DNA of 64,000 nt from Octopus sinensis (GCF_006345805.1 NC_043004.1:44888001-44952000), one strand, 5' to 3'. Shown: positions 1-13,314, numbered from the stretch's first letter. Numbers and translations are program-made. Notes: generated from the letters alone by a model not told the origin.

Positions 1-254
1 AAAGTACTTTGTAATGCTTAAAATATCCATCTCTTAGTATTAGGGAATAGCAGATTTTATGTGTAAGCGTGATAAATAAATGCGTGTGTCTACGCGTATG
101 TATGTATATGAATATTATATAATATATCAATTCGTATTCTTAGACTATGTATATATTCACATACTAAAACATATACATATCTCTGCATATAGATGTAGGT
201 ATGTACATATATGTATGTATATATGCTATATATATATATATACATTATATATAT

Positions 255-304
<50 letters not shown>

Positions 305-396
305 AGCATGTGTGTGACTGTGTGTATGTATATGTATACGTGTGCTTTAAAGATAGATGGTGCCAGGTATCTAATCTACGAAATACCCCACTTGAA

Positions 397-432
<36 letters not shown>

Positions 433-677
433 TATGTATATATATATACACGCTTATATACATACATACATACATACATACATAAATACGTTTGCGTATG
501 TGCATGTATGTATGCTTATATAGTTGCATGTGTGCGTGTATATGTGTGCGTGTATATGTGTGCGTGTATATGTGTGCGTGTGTTACAATCTTAAAAGAAC
601 AAAAACATAAACACATAAACAGCTTCCAAATAACAATTACCTTTGCAGGGAAGAAACATATGTTTCTCTTTTCCCAG

Positions 678-769
678 ATTTCCACAAAATTACCTGAACA
701 AAACACATTAGTGAAATACATTAAAATAGTGCAGGATTCCAATAAATCAACGGTGAACAAAGATGGAAA
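678..769 (+). CDS. Candidate internal coding exon of an unknown gene ([30 protein letters not shown])
   Basis: Acceptor gtttctcttttcccag ends at 677 and donor gtaagt starts at 770. Only one of three frames is open. No homology recognised. Confidence 0.4.
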
Positions 770-877
770 GTAAGTAAGAAAGTACACCCACTTATCATAA
801 ATAAGTAGAAAGCTAATTTTAATAAACACGTCGTTAGCAGAGATAGCAGACCCCAAGATTTATTCAAGTAAAGATCA

Positions 878-879
<2 letters not shown>

Positions 880-914
<35 letters not shown>

Positions 915-967
915 CATACATATATATATTCATATATATGTATGAAGGTATATATATATATATATAT

Positions 968-1012
<45 letters not shown>

Positions 1013-1450
1013 ATATTAATATATATATATATGTATATGTATGTATATATATATAATATATGCATACATGTATATATACACATATATATATATCCATATA
1101 TATATCTATGTATATATGTATATATATATATACATACATATATATAGACAGAGATATATATAGGTATATATGTATATATATATGTACATAGATATATATA
1201 GTATATATATATAATACATATATAGACAGAGATATATATAGGTATATGTGTATATATATATGTACATAGATATATATATGTATATATATATACATACATA
1301 TATATAGACAGAGATATATATAGGTATATATGTATATATATATGTACATAGATATATATATATGTATATATATATACATACATATATATATATACACCTT
1401 CATACATATATATGAATATATGTATGTCTATATATATATATGTACAGATA
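880..1450. repeat. (TA)n-rich microsatellite with a ~80-bp higher-order unit
   Basis: The block gacagagatatatataggtata...gtacatag recurs at 1147, 1225 and 1307 inside TA repeats. Confidence 0.85.
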
Positions 1451-1941
1451 CATATACATTTGCATGTATGTATGCACACACACACAAATACACACAAGTA
1501 TATATTATTTAGACGTAAAGCTTTACAGTTGATTTATGTAGTTTTAAACCTAAGTTTACACGATAGATGTTACTCCCGTTTGTACCACTAAATCGATGTG
1601 CGTGTGTTCGTGCGCATATGCATGTCTGGGTGCGTGTGTATGTGTGTGTTCATGTATGTTTGTGTATGTGTATGTGTGTGTGTGTGTGTGTTTTTTAACT
1701 GTTTTCGATCGTTTTCATACACAGCATTATCTTCAAAAGATTTAGATGTTCAAACCAGTCTGAATATCAATTTGAGTGCGAAACGTTTTTATTTAACTAA
1801 ATTCTCTTTATCGATTGGCCATGTTTACTTTTTTTTTTTTTAGTTAGTATAAAGGTGTGTAACTCCACTTGATGTTCTTATCCCGCCAAAAACATAATCA
1901 CTGTTGTAATCCGTATATATGCTTAAATATATAATATATAT

Positions 1942-1972
<31 letters not shown>

Positions 1973-1977
1973 AATAT

Positions 1978-2008
<31 letters not shown>

Positions 2009-2032
2009 TATATATATAAATATATATATATA

Positions 2033-2079
<47 letters not shown>

Positions 2080-2092
2080 AACACATAAGATA

Positions 2093-2172
<80 letters not shown>

Positions 2173-2196
2173 CACACACATATAATATAATATTAA

Positions 2197-2427
2197 GGCG
2201 GTGAGCTGGCAGAAACGTTAGCACGCCGGGTGAAATGCGTAGCCGTAATTCGCCTGTCGTTACGTTCCGAGTTCAAATTTCGCCGAGGTAAACTTTGTCT
2301 TTCATCCTGTCGGGGTCGATAAATTAAGTACCAGTTACGCACTGGGGTTGATGTAATCGACTTAATCCCTTTGTCAGTCCTTGTTTGTTCCCTCTGTGTT
2401 TAGCCCCTTGTGGCTAGTAAAGAAATA
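2197..2427 (+). mobile_element. tRNA-derived SINE, family A, full length
   Basis: A-box-like TGGCAGAA, B-box GAGTTCAAAT, central CTTTCATCCT..GGGGTCGATAAATTAAGTACC (resembles the Nin/Deu SINE domain, from memory), tail ending AAAGAAATA. Many near-identical copies in the window. Confidence 0.9.
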
Positions 2428-2449
2428 TATATATATATATGCCAAAGAA

Positions 2450-3745
2450 AACAATAATGACTGACACAAAAGTTCTCCAAAATACTGAACAAACTTATCT
2501 ATTAGTAATAAATTGATCACAAAGAAACCTCGCTTAAAATCTAATACAACTTTCGGAAGATAAGATTTAAATTCATACCAGCTACTAAAACTGGCACAAC
2601 AGATCTTATAAATGATACGGAAAAATGTTGTAGAAAACTTTGTAACTTTGGTTGTTCTTCCAAAAGAAGCACACCGAAGATCCTTCACGTCTACTAAAAC
2701 TTAAATGAATAAATAGATAAATAAATAAACTAGAATAAAATCTTTAGTGAAGAGGAATAAGCACTTTCAGTAATACATAATGTGTCTGAAAAGACTGGCA
2801 AACCCAAACATTCCTAGAAATATTAGGAATGAAGTGCGAACACATTGGAATGTCAACGGAATGATTCATCTCCATAGTCATTAAAGTAGCTGATAAGGAA
2901 TGAACCATTGTTATAATGGGCATGACCAATTAGAGGAGGAAATGGTCTTAGAACTATTACATGGCCACTATTTCTACAAAATACTAAAATTCACTCCAGA
3001 TAAGCAATATAGAAAATTGGTACGTTGACAGACAAACACTGAAACAATTTAACGGGAGAAGAGCTGGATTTCTTAACTAATTTTGAGGTAAAAACAAGCA
3101 AATTTTATGGAGCATCCAAAGTTCCTGAATCTAAAGAAATCCATAACCTCTATACATTTTATGTACAGATTTCCAAACTGTCTGACTCAAACTTATGTCT
3201 AATTGTTGTGGAACCAACGTGAAACACTCAACGATTAAACAATTTATTTGGCATAATTTTGAAACCATTGTGCAAATTGTATCCTAATTTCATCAGACAT
3301 GGCATAAACTTCCAAAATGATGTTCCGGAAAGATTTAACGTTGAGATGTTCCTCATTAGTTTCGACGTGACCAGCCTCTACTCAAATCTTCCCCATGCAT
3401 TAGAATAAGAAACAGGAAGATTCTGGCTTAGCAACTAGTTACACAGAATTCAGGAGAGATTCGTAAAAGGATTTATATTTGAAGGTTTACTATTGGTGCT
3501 AGGAAACAACTACTTGTTCCTGGTAATATTACTTTTAAATCCTAGGGACAGTAAGGAGCACGAAAGTTGCACCAGTGTTTGGAACACTATTAATGGGATT
3601 CCTTAATGGAAAATATATTCCCATTCCGGAATTATTTTTGATAAACGTGTCCAATTTTATTGAAGAACCAGGAAAATATCCCTAGATGAATGCTTCATAT
3701 TCTGGAACAAAAGTAAGGAAGACCTTACAAGATTCCTTTGGAACA
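2450..3745 (+). pseudogene. Decayed Penelope-like element reverse transcriptase ORF
   Basis: Frame-broken motifs in canonical PLE order: DLKFIPA..DLINDTEKCCRKL, IKVADK.TIVIM, FYGASKVPESKEI, TQRLNNLFGIILKPL, LISFDVTSLYSNLPH, LLVLGNNY, TKVAPVFGTLLMGFL, LDECFIFWNKSKEDL. Many stops and frameshifts. Confidence 0.85.
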
Positions 3746-3771
3746 AATAAAAGGTAATGAAGAGGGGGAGG

Positions 3772-4100
3772 GGGAGACCCCTTTCGGTCATGAATGACCA
3801 TGGGACTGCACCTAGAAAGTAACCCTCCGAGGCACAAGTCAGGGCAAGGTTGTTTGTGGAAGACCAGCCATCGCCCATGCATACCAGCCTCCCCTCTCCA
3901 GACCACTGATATTATCCAAGGGAAAGGCATAGGGGCCGATACAGCTTGGCACCAGTGATGTCGCAACCCATTTCTGCAGCTGAGTTAACTGGAGCAACGT
4001 GAAATAAAGTGTCTGGCTCAAGAACACAACACACAGCCCGGTCCGGGAATCGAACTCACAACCTCACGATCATAAGCTCTACGCTCTAACCACTGAGCCA
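3772..4100 (-). mobile_element. tRNA-derived SINE, family D
   Basis: Minus strand GGCTCAGTGGTTAGAGCG...GAGTTCGATTCCC head, followed by GTGTTCTTGAGCCAGACACTTTATTTCACGTTGCTCC, which resembles conserved SINE central domains. Confidence 0.8.
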
Positions 4101-4360
4101 GGTAAAAGGTAAAAGGTAAAAGCATTCATGACTCCATGTGGTTCACTAAGGAAATGCATGAAAGAGAACTTCCATTTTCCATTTTCTATTATATGTGTAA
4201 TTTAATTATTCATTTTGAATTGATAAAAGGTGGGTTTTTTTCTAATTGTTTATATATATATTATATTGTGTGAAATTTGATTTAGTATTTCTAAATTTAA
4301 CTTTTTTCCTTGTAAGTTTGGATTTTATTCACTCAAATAATAATTATATATCTATAGATT

Positions 4361-4477
<117 letters not shown>

Positions 4478-5009
4478 AAGTAAGAAGGTATTTATGTTTA
4501 TTTCAAAATATGCCACTGTTTCAATCGCTTATAAAGGCAATTCCGTCATGCTAGAATGAAATGGAAATTTAATCGAAATAAAGAAAATTAAGTTAATCTT
4601 TTGTGATATCAGTTCTGTTTGATCGCTAGATTGATATTTGGAGACAAGCGGTGACAAAGTGCATCAACAAACAATCTTTACAGCTGAACACCGACCTCGT
4701 CTAAATAGATATGAGAAAGAAAGGGAGATAACTACCGCCAACACTACTACAAGTCTTGCTGAGGTTACCACTATTACTACTGCTAACAGTTAGACTAAAC
4801 AGCCGCTGCTCGCATTGCTGCAACAGTTGCGGCTAGTAGCCACTCTTTTTATTGCTGCCGCTGCTAGTACTACCCACCAACAATCAGAAGAAAATGAAAT
4901 TTCAGCATCAGGTGATTTTTGTAAGAAAATCATGAGTACTTCCACAACTGATATCATAAAAGATGAATTTAATTTAATTTCTTTCACTTAATTTTCCCTT
5001 TTCTTTCAG

Positions 5010-5044
5010 CATGACTAAATCGTCTTTTTTAGAACTTGAAACTG
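5010..5044 (+). CDS. Candidate 35-nt coding exon (MTKSSFLELET)
   Basis: Strong acceptor ttttcccttttctttcag but weak donor gtagca. Phases match the exons at 678-769 and 6094-6194. Confidence 0.3.
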
Positions 5045-5789
5045 GTAGCATATTTTGATCAGGGTGCTAAATAGCATGATAAAATGATAAACAGTACTTT
5101 CTTTCATTCATGATAGAATTCTCAGTGCATTTTCATTTTGTTTTCTAAGTATAAATATATTCGTGTTATATCATTAAACCACACGACATTTTAATGTGTG
5201 TGTATGTAGCGGGAATATTCAACAATGTCACGATGCGCTAGAATATTGCCCACATGAACAACAAAATCTGACCAATCGCGACTTTGCGTCGAATAGGCTT
5301 CAACAACTATCGTTTCTTTTGCCGCGCTTCCTTCTGAGCCTATCGACTAGTATAAAAGTCGACACACCGTGACTACAAGTCAGACAGATTTGGGAGGCAG
5401 CAGAGAGAGCATTGACAGACACTGTAGGAGTTAACCAACAGAGACGGCTAACAGTAGCTAACAACACAATGGCAATGAACAATTTATCTGCTGCTACAAC
5501 TACACGAAGGGCAAAAACTCTCGTGACATGTTGTTGTTTGTAGTAATGGCAACGTCCGTTTTGTTTACGATAAGAGTGTTCTTTTACATACATTCACACA
5601 CACATACACACATGCACATATATCAACGCGCGCGAGTGTGTGAAACAAAAGCATGAACTTCACATAATCTCAAACTTACGCTTGTTGTGTATTTAATAAA
5701 ATTTGAGTGTGAAATGATGTGAAATTGGAAACAACTTTCGGAAATGAGAAACTTCACACTTTATATTTGTAGATGGATGTTGGGCTGTA

Positions 5790-6055
5790 TTAACACGATG
5801 AACGTTCTACTGAAATGTAACTGGGTGTATATATGGGTATAGGACGTCAAAAAAACGTGAACAAAAGGAAAAACGAGAACATAAAAAACAAAAGTATGGA
5901 AAACGAACTTTTTTTCGAAACAATGAAAGAAACAAATAGAGAAACGAGACAGCTAACATAAGGAACATTCCCTTCATCAGTTGTCCCCTGTTTTATCTAC
6001 TCCGTGTTTCTAAGGTAGAGGCAAGACGCGACTTCGTTAAAACAGTTCCTTCCCG
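5790..6055 (-). mobile_element. Probable PLE-type terminal repeat fragment
   Basis: Minus strand GGACAACTGATGAAGGG followed by a T-rich tail ending TTTGACGTCC. Resembles PLE tails from memory only. Confidence 0.3.
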
Positions 6056-6093
6056 CAAAGCAAATTAAACAAAATTTGGGATTTATTTTGCAG

Positions 6094-6194
6094 AGGTTGA
6101 TCGCAATAGAATTGAAAAGCTTAGACAGCGCAAAATAATTCTTTTAGGAACGATGTATCTCGAAGCAAATAAAGATATAAATCATAGCGAGTAA
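6094..6194 (+). CDS. Candidate terminal coding exon (VDRNRIEKLRQRKIILLGTMYLEANKDINHSE*)
   Basis: Acceptor atttattttgcag, open frame to TAA at 6192-6194, alternative donor gtaaat at 6191. Confidence 0.35.
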
Positions 6195-6386
6195 ATACAG
6201 ATTAAAAACAGTTTGGATAGATAAGATCGGAGGCTGTGCGTGGGACACGAACCCACATCACTTTTAAATATCTAAGAGTTTTAAGCTCAATATGCATGCA
6301 TAGATACCCATACACACACAAGCACACACACACACACATGTATGTATGAGTGAGGTACTGTGTTTGACGCCATATTTGAATGACGT

Positions 6387-6421
<35 letters not shown>

Positions 6422-6901
6422 CTGTGTCTGTCTGCATGTGTGCGCCTGTATGGGATTAAAGTACATGATATGTTATGCTATATCTACTGTTGATTACAGT
6501 TAGGCGTGTCGGAATTTTATGAATGAAGACTTTTTTTTTATACTTTCATTACTTAGGCCTTCGGCTGTTGAGAGGAGGGAGAATGATATAGTCTTTTTTT
6601 TAATGGAATTTTTTCTACTTTGCTTCGCTGTCTTTTATAAGACTAAAATAAAGCGTAAATACAATGTGAGTATTATTTGACCGTAAGATAATCCACGTTG
6701 CTATAAAGAAGAAATGGAAAACACTGATTAAAGATATAAAAGGCAGGGATAGGACAGAGGTAGGTAGGTAGGTAGGTAGATATGGAGGGAGGGAAGGTGG
6801 GAGGGAGGTTTGCGAGAGTGGGTGGTAAAGTTGGTGGGGAGGTAGGAGTTAGATTAATAGATATGCGGATAGAGACTGACAAGCTGACAGACGGACAAAT
6901 G

Positions 6902-6983
<82 letters not shown>

Positions 6984-7526
6984 AAAGGTTATGTGTTTAA
7001 GCGTATACACACATACGAAAATAAAGAGATAACGCTAGAAGGGTGTAGTTTTGTGTATACAGGAGAAGTTTCAGCGAATTAAATTTTCAATGCCGATAAA
7101 ATGTTCTGAAGAATAATCCTGCTCATAATGTTACTTACAGCTATATGTGCACGACTATATATATGTACGCTTAAATGTATGTACAGCGCTTTAGCGGCGT
7201 TAATGATGTAACTGAGTACGAATTCCGAAACAGCTGTAGACAAACAGAATAAATATTCTTTTTCTTGTCACTACTACTGGCTTTGATTATATATATAGTT
7301 CAAATTTACACAAAAGAAAAGACAAAGACAGGTGTAGGAACAACAAGCAGGTGTATTAGTTTAACACTCGAGAAAAATGGAAAAGTCTGTTATGTTTCGA
7401 GCTTAGATATATGAATTACGCTTCGTTATACATGAAATATTTATTGTGTAAATTAATCACGAACACTCAAAGCGAAAAATATAGAAATCAGGGTATCCTT
7501 GAAGTGCTAGCTATATTTATGACTAT

Positions 7527-7908
7527 GGAGGCGCAATGGCCCAGTGGTTAGGGCAGCGGACTCGCGGTCATAGGATCGCGGTTTCGATTCCCAGACCAGG
7601 CGTTGTGAGTGTTTATTGAGCGAAAACACCTAAAGCTCCACGAGGCTCCGGCAGGGGATGGTGGTGATCCCTGCTGTACTCTTTCACCACAACTTTCTCT
7701 CACTCTTACTTCCTGTTTCTGTTGTACCTGTATTTCAAAGGGCCGGCCTTGTCACTCTCTGTGTCACGCTGAATATCCCCGAGAACGACGTTAAGGGTAC
7801 ACGTGTCTGTGGAGTGCTCAGCCACTTACACGTTAATTTCACGAGCAGGCTGTTCCGTTGATTCGGATCAACTGGAACCCTCGTCGTCGTAACCGACGGA
7901 GTGCTTCC
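7527..7908 (+). mobile_element. tRNA-derived SINE, family C, full length with TSD
   Basis: Head GGCGCAATGGCCCAGTGGTTAGGGC...GGTTTCGATTCCC. TSD ATATTTATGACT at 7513-7524 and 7909-7920. Near-identical to 27425-27797. Confidence 0.9.
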
Positions 7909-8188
7909 ATATTTATGACTGTTTATATTCAGCTTATCAGTGCTTTTCATTCGAGAGGGAACCTGAGTACGCCTTCTGTGAAGAACGCCCAACAAACCGT
8001 AAATCGGTCCGTCAGGAGATTTTCATCGTCATTTTCCCATACATTAATATATATCAATAGCGTACGACGAATATGTTTACATTTAACTCGCAGTGAAGCT
8101 TTGTAATGCTTAAATCTACAATAATCCTTGCCCTCCCAACTCCCCTTTACTCCCTCTATCTCTCTGTATACAAACACACATACATACA

Positions 8189-8420
8189 TATTTCTTTACT
8201 ACCCACAAGGGGCTAAACACAGAGGAGACAAACAAGGACAGACAAACGGATTAAGTCGATTACATCGACCCCAGTACGTAACTGGTACTTAATTTATCGA
8301 CCTCGAAAGGATGAAAGGCAAAGTCGACCTCGGCGGAATTTGAACCCAGAACGTAACGACAGACGAAATACGGCTACGCATTTCGCCCGGCGTGCTAACG
8401 TTTCTGCCAGCTCGCCGCCT
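8189..8420 (-). mobile_element. SINE family A
   Basis: Reverse complement of the 2197-2427 element. Confidence 0.9.
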
Positions 8421-8710
8421 TTAGATACATACACACACGCACACATACACATACATACACACACGCACACATACACGCACATGTATGTATAAAAAGTGAG
8501 AAGATAAATAGCTAGAAATATTTATAAAGAACAGGACGGCACGTTATGAGTAGGATAAGACAGAGCTAGAGAGGTGGGAGAGAGGCGCAAAAACAAAGTG
8601 AATCTCGAATGGGAGAGAAAGAGCATTGCGGATGCAGACGAAGATGAAAAAGGGTGTAAGCAAGGATAACAGAATGATTGAAGATACGATTAATGAGAAG
8701 ACGAGAGAGC

Positions 8711-8741
<31 letters not shown>

Positions 8742-9391
8742 TGAGTGAGTGAGTGAGTGAGTGAGTGAGTGAGTGAGTGAGTGAGGGGGTGAACATTGGA
8801 AGTGAGGGGCGGGAGAGTAAGGTAAAATAGGGAATATCTTTAAAAAGAGTTTACCACATCTGAAAGCGAGTGAAAGATAGTAAGAGGATGAGTAAGTGAG
8901 AGAGAGAGAGAGAGAGAGAGAGTAAGTAAAGCGAACGCGGCGAGAAATGATGTTGTCAGAGAGGAAAGTAACAGAATCGTAGATAGATTTACATGGACCA
9001 GGAGACTTACAGACGGAGAAAGAAAAATATTGAGAGATAAGTGTTGGCTAAGTCTACAAGTGAAAGCATTTCCAGTGTGTGTGTGAGAGACAGAGAGAGA
9101 GAGAGAGAGAGTGTGTGTATGTGTAGAGAGAGAAGAGGAAGATGTTGAACGAAGAAAGAAGAGAAACGAAATGAAAAACGGAGAAGTAAGTTTAAGAAGG
9201 AAAGTCAACGTTAAGTCAGGGTATGCATGATGGAATGAGTCAGGGAATGAGCAAATAAGTGAGTGAGCGTTTGAGCGAGGAAATGAGTAAATGGTTGAGT
9301 AAGAGAGAAGGCGAATGAGTGAGGGACTGAGGCTAAGGTGTATGAGGGTAGTTAAGTAGCTGGGTGAGAAAATGTATGAACGAGCAAGCAA

Positions 9392-9958
9392 AGGCACAAG
9401 GCCCGAAATTTTGGGAGAGGGGGTCAGTTGACTAGATCGACATCAGTACGCAACTGCTATTAATTTATCGGCCCCAAAACGATGAAAGGTAATGTCGACC
9501 TCGGTGGAATTTGAACTCATAACGTAAAGACAGACGAAATATTTATTTCTTTATTGCCCACAAGGGGACAGGCATAGAGGGGACAAGCAAGGACAGACAA
9601 AGGGATAAAATCGATTACATCGACCCCAATGCATAACTGGTATTAATTTATCGACCCCGAAAGGATGAAATGTAAAGTCGACCTCGGCAGAATTTGAACT
9701 CAGAACGTAGCGACAGACGAAATATTTATTTCTTTATTGCCCACAAGGGGACACACATAGAGGGGACAAACAAAGACAGACAAAGGGATAAAATCGATTA
9801 CATCGACCCCAATGCATAACTGGTACTTATTTAATCGATCCCGAAAGGATGAAAGGTAAAGTCGACCTCGGCGGAATTTGAACTCAGAACGTAGCGGCAG
9901 ACGAAATACTGCTAAGCATTTCGCCCGGCGTGCTAGTGATTCTGCCAGCTCGCCGCTT
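9392..9958 (-). mobile_element. SINE family A head-to-tail trimer
   Basis: One headed unit plus two units restarting at TATTTCGTCTG. The last unit carries the alternative tail (…AATTTCGGGCCTTGTGCC). Confidence 0.85.
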
Positions 9959-10263
9959 TGAGCAAGCAAATACATTGAGTGAGAAAACAGACGATAGTGA
10001 GACGGATATACTGAGACAATATAAAAAACAGAATGACCGAGAAACTGTAATCGACCGGTGAGAGACTAACCGAGATACATAGATGCATTTATTTATTTCA
10101 CTCATTTGACTATGACTATGCTGGAGCACTGCATTAAAGGTGTTTAATCGAAGAAATTAACCCTAGGACTTATTCTTTGTAAGCCAGATACTTATTCTAT
10201 CAATCTCTTTTGCTGAACCGATAGATTACAGAGATGAAAACACGCTATCATCGGTTGTCGAGG

Positions 10264-10329
<66 letters not shown>

Positions 10330-10350
10330 ATATATATATATATGTATATT

Positions 10351-10405
<55 letters not shown>

Positions 10406-10505
10406 CTCGTGAATCTCATTATAAACAACATGGACCCATTTTCTTCTTAAGAAAAATGTATTTTCATAAATGAATGCGTGCGTGTGTGTGTGTGTGTGCG
10501 TTTGT

Positions 10506-10547
<42 letters not shown>

Positions 10548-11005
10548 TGTGGTGTGTGTGTGTGCATTCTCTTCTGTTTTTGACTTTTTTTTAATATTCG
10601 TGTGAAGAAGGAGCTGGTTTCTAACGAAGATACAAAGCAGCTCCACCGTTGGAATGTAGATAAAAAAAAAAAAAGCAACGTCACATTTTAAACTTGAAAA
10701 AAAGTCTTACATGTTCCACAAGATTGTTTTTGTAGTTTTCCGAGTTGGTTGACATGATTTCCTTTCCTGAAAACCCAAACTTATCCAGAGTGTCCTTGGG
10801 CACTTAACAACAAAACGAAGTGTATCAATTATTATTGATATGCGTAACTGAGAATCATAATCTGGATATAGAAGCTGGAGACTTCGAAGCAGTTGTATGT
10901 ATGTATGTATGTATGTACGCATGTATCTATGTATGGCTGGCTGGATGGCTGGATGGATGGATGGATAGATGGATGGATGGATGAATGGATGGGTGTATGG
11001 ATGTA

Positions 11006-11101
11006 TAGTAGCCCGCGTTCTTAACCACTACGCCATATGCTCGTGGGCGGCGTAGTGCCCACGGTTAAAAACAAGATTCCGAGTTCGATTCCAGGCAGTG
11101 A

Positions 11102-11198
<97 letters not shown>

Positions 11199-11473
11199 AA
11201 GAAGAAGAAGAAGAAGAAGAGAAGAAGAAGAAGAAGAAGAAGAAGAAGAAGAAGAAGAAGAAGAAGAAGAACAACAACAACAACAACAACAACAACAGCA
11301 ACATCGAAAAGTACCTTAGGAATGAGAGCCCAGGTTCGAAATTTCCCCAAGATACCTGATGAAGACTGGAGAGTATATCAGCCGAAACGTTGTGTTAATA
11401 AACAAGATGAGGACAAATATCCGTCAAATGTAAATAATGTACATAATTCCTCATCTCCTAAATATAGAACTGT

Positions 11474-11475
<2 letters not shown>
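11006..11475 (+). mobile_element. tRNA-headed short element with internal (AAT/AAG/AAC)n and a hammerhead motif (family E)
   Basis: GGCGTAGTG (A-box-like) and GAGTTCGATTCC (B box), then trinucleotide runs, a hammerhead core, and an AGATGAGGA/TCCTCATCT stem (11405-11413, 11448-11456). Homologous arms lie at 62701-63100. Confidence 0.8.
11351..11396 (+). ncRNA. Minimal type-I hammerhead ribozyme motif
   Basis: GATAC-CTGATGA-A-GACTG-gagagtatat-CAGCC-GAAA-CGT-T-GTGTT. Stem I is GATAC/GTGTT, stem II has one mismatch (perfect GGCTG/CAGCC in the 62.7-kb copy), and stem III is the palindrome ACGT. Confidence 0.7.
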
Positions 11476-11506
<31 letters not shown>

Positions 11507-11507
11507 G

Positions 11508-11561
<54 letters not shown>

Positions 11562-11579
11562 TATTATTATTATTATTAA

Positions 11580-11781
11580 GGCGGCGAGCTAGAAGAATCG
11601 TTAGCAAGCCGTGCTAAATGCTTAGCGGCATTCCGTCTGTCTCTATCTCTACGCAGAAGTCGGCTTTGCATTTCATCCTGTCGGAGATCGATAAATGAAG
11701 CACCAGTGATGTAATCGACTAGTCATCCCCGCCAAAAAAAAAAAAAAAAAAAATTCAGCCCTTGTGCTTTTAGTAGAAAAG
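11580..11781 (+). mobile_element. SINE family A, degenerate, alternative tail
   Basis: GGCGGCGAGCT head, TTTCATCCT..GATCGATAAA core, CCTTGTGC tail. Confidence 0.75.
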
Positions 11782-11835
11782 ATTGTTAGTATTATGATTA
11801 TTATTATCATTGTTACTATTATTTTTATTATTATA

Positions 11836-11883
<48 letters not shown>

Positions 11884-11932
11884 GTTACAACCTATCATCA
11901 TCAATAATAGTGTCGTTAGTGTCTTAGTAAAA

Positions 11933-11978
<46 letters not shown>

Positions 11979-12204
11979 GTCATCGTCGTCGTCACCAACG
12001 TACAACGTTGTATCATGCGTACCCTAGTAATCCATTTACCTAAACGCGACTTTAAACCAAACTTTCTCTCTTTCCTTTTCTCTCTCTCTCTCTCTCCCTC
12101 TCTCTCCTTTTTCTTTCTTCCTTTCTTTCTTTCATCCTCCCTTGTTCTCTTCTTTACCTCTTTTTCTCTCTTTCTTTCTCTCTCCCATCTTCTCTCACTC
12201 TTCC

Positions 12205-12433
12205 AGTAGTAGTAGTAGTAAGTAGTACTCGCAGCAGCAGTTGCAGCAACAGCAGTCGCAACAGTAGCAACAGCAGCAGCTGCAGAAAACATGGCAGCAG
12301 AAGTATCAGCAACAGTAGAGTGTGCGGCAGCAGCAGCAGCAGCAGTAGCAGCAGTAGTAGTAGTAGTAGTAGTAGTAGTAACAGCAGCGACAGCAGCAGC
12401 AGCAGCGGCAGCAGTAGCAGTAGTAGTAGCAGC

Positions 12434-12473
<40 letters not shown>

Positions 12474-12560
12474 AGTAGTAGTAGTAGTAGTAGCAGTAGT
12501 AGCAGTAGTAGCAGCGACAGCAGCAGCAGCAGCAGTAGCAGTAGTAGTAGTAGTAGCAGC

Positions 12561-12597
<37 letters not shown>

Positions 12598-12639
12598 ACA
12601 GCAGCGACAGCAGCAGCGGCAGCGGCAGCAGCACGCGGC

Positions 12640-12677
<38 letters not shown>

Positions 12678-12723
12678 CAGTAGTAGCAGTAGTAGCAGCG
12701 ACAGCAGCAGCAGCAGCAGTAGC

Positions 12724-12778
<55 letters not shown>

Positions 12779-12819
12779 ACAGCAGCGGCAGCAGCAGCAG
12801 CAGCGGCAGCAGCAGCGGC

Positions 12820-12863
<44 letters not shown>

Positions 12864-12909
12864 CAGTAGTAGTAGTAGTAGCAGCGACAGCAGCAGCAGC
12901 AGCAGTAGC

Positions 12910-12982
<73 letters not shown>

Positions 12983-12991
12983 ACAGCAGCG

Positions 12992-13046
<55 letters not shown>

Positions 13047-13264
13047 CAGTAGTAGCAGCGACAGCAGCAAGCAGCAGCGGCAGCGATAGCAGTATAGTAG
13101 CAGCAGTAGTAGTAGTAGTAGAGTAGTAGTAGTAGTAGCATAGTAGAGAGTAGCGACAGTAGTAGTAGCAGCAGCAGAGCAGCAGTAGCGTCGTAGTAGT
13201 AGTAGTAGTAGTAGTTAGTAGTAGTAGCAGCGAGTAGTAGTAGTAGCCAGCAGCAGCAGCAGTC

Positions 13265-13297
<33 letters not shown>

Positions 13298-13314
13298 CAG
13301 TAGTAGCAGAGCGA

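Noticed and set aside
80-2152. Long YI/HT/CV-rich ORFs here and at 17-21 kb, 30 kb, 36-42 kb and 47-49 kb
   Set aside because: They are read-throughs of (TA)n, (TATG)n and (CA)n microsatellites that lack stop codons, and they are open on both strands.
4684-4920. Thr-rich and signal-peptide-like plus frames (LLQQLRLVATLFIAAAAS)
   Set aside because: Bounded by stops, no ATG in frame, and splicing to the 5010 acceptor gives an immediate stop. The composition fits decayed CTA/CTG repeats.
5950-6000. Minus-strand CTGATGAAG followed by a GGAA/TTCC hairpin as a fourth hammerhead
   Set aside because: No GAAA follows stem II and no stem III or cleavage triplet can be placed.
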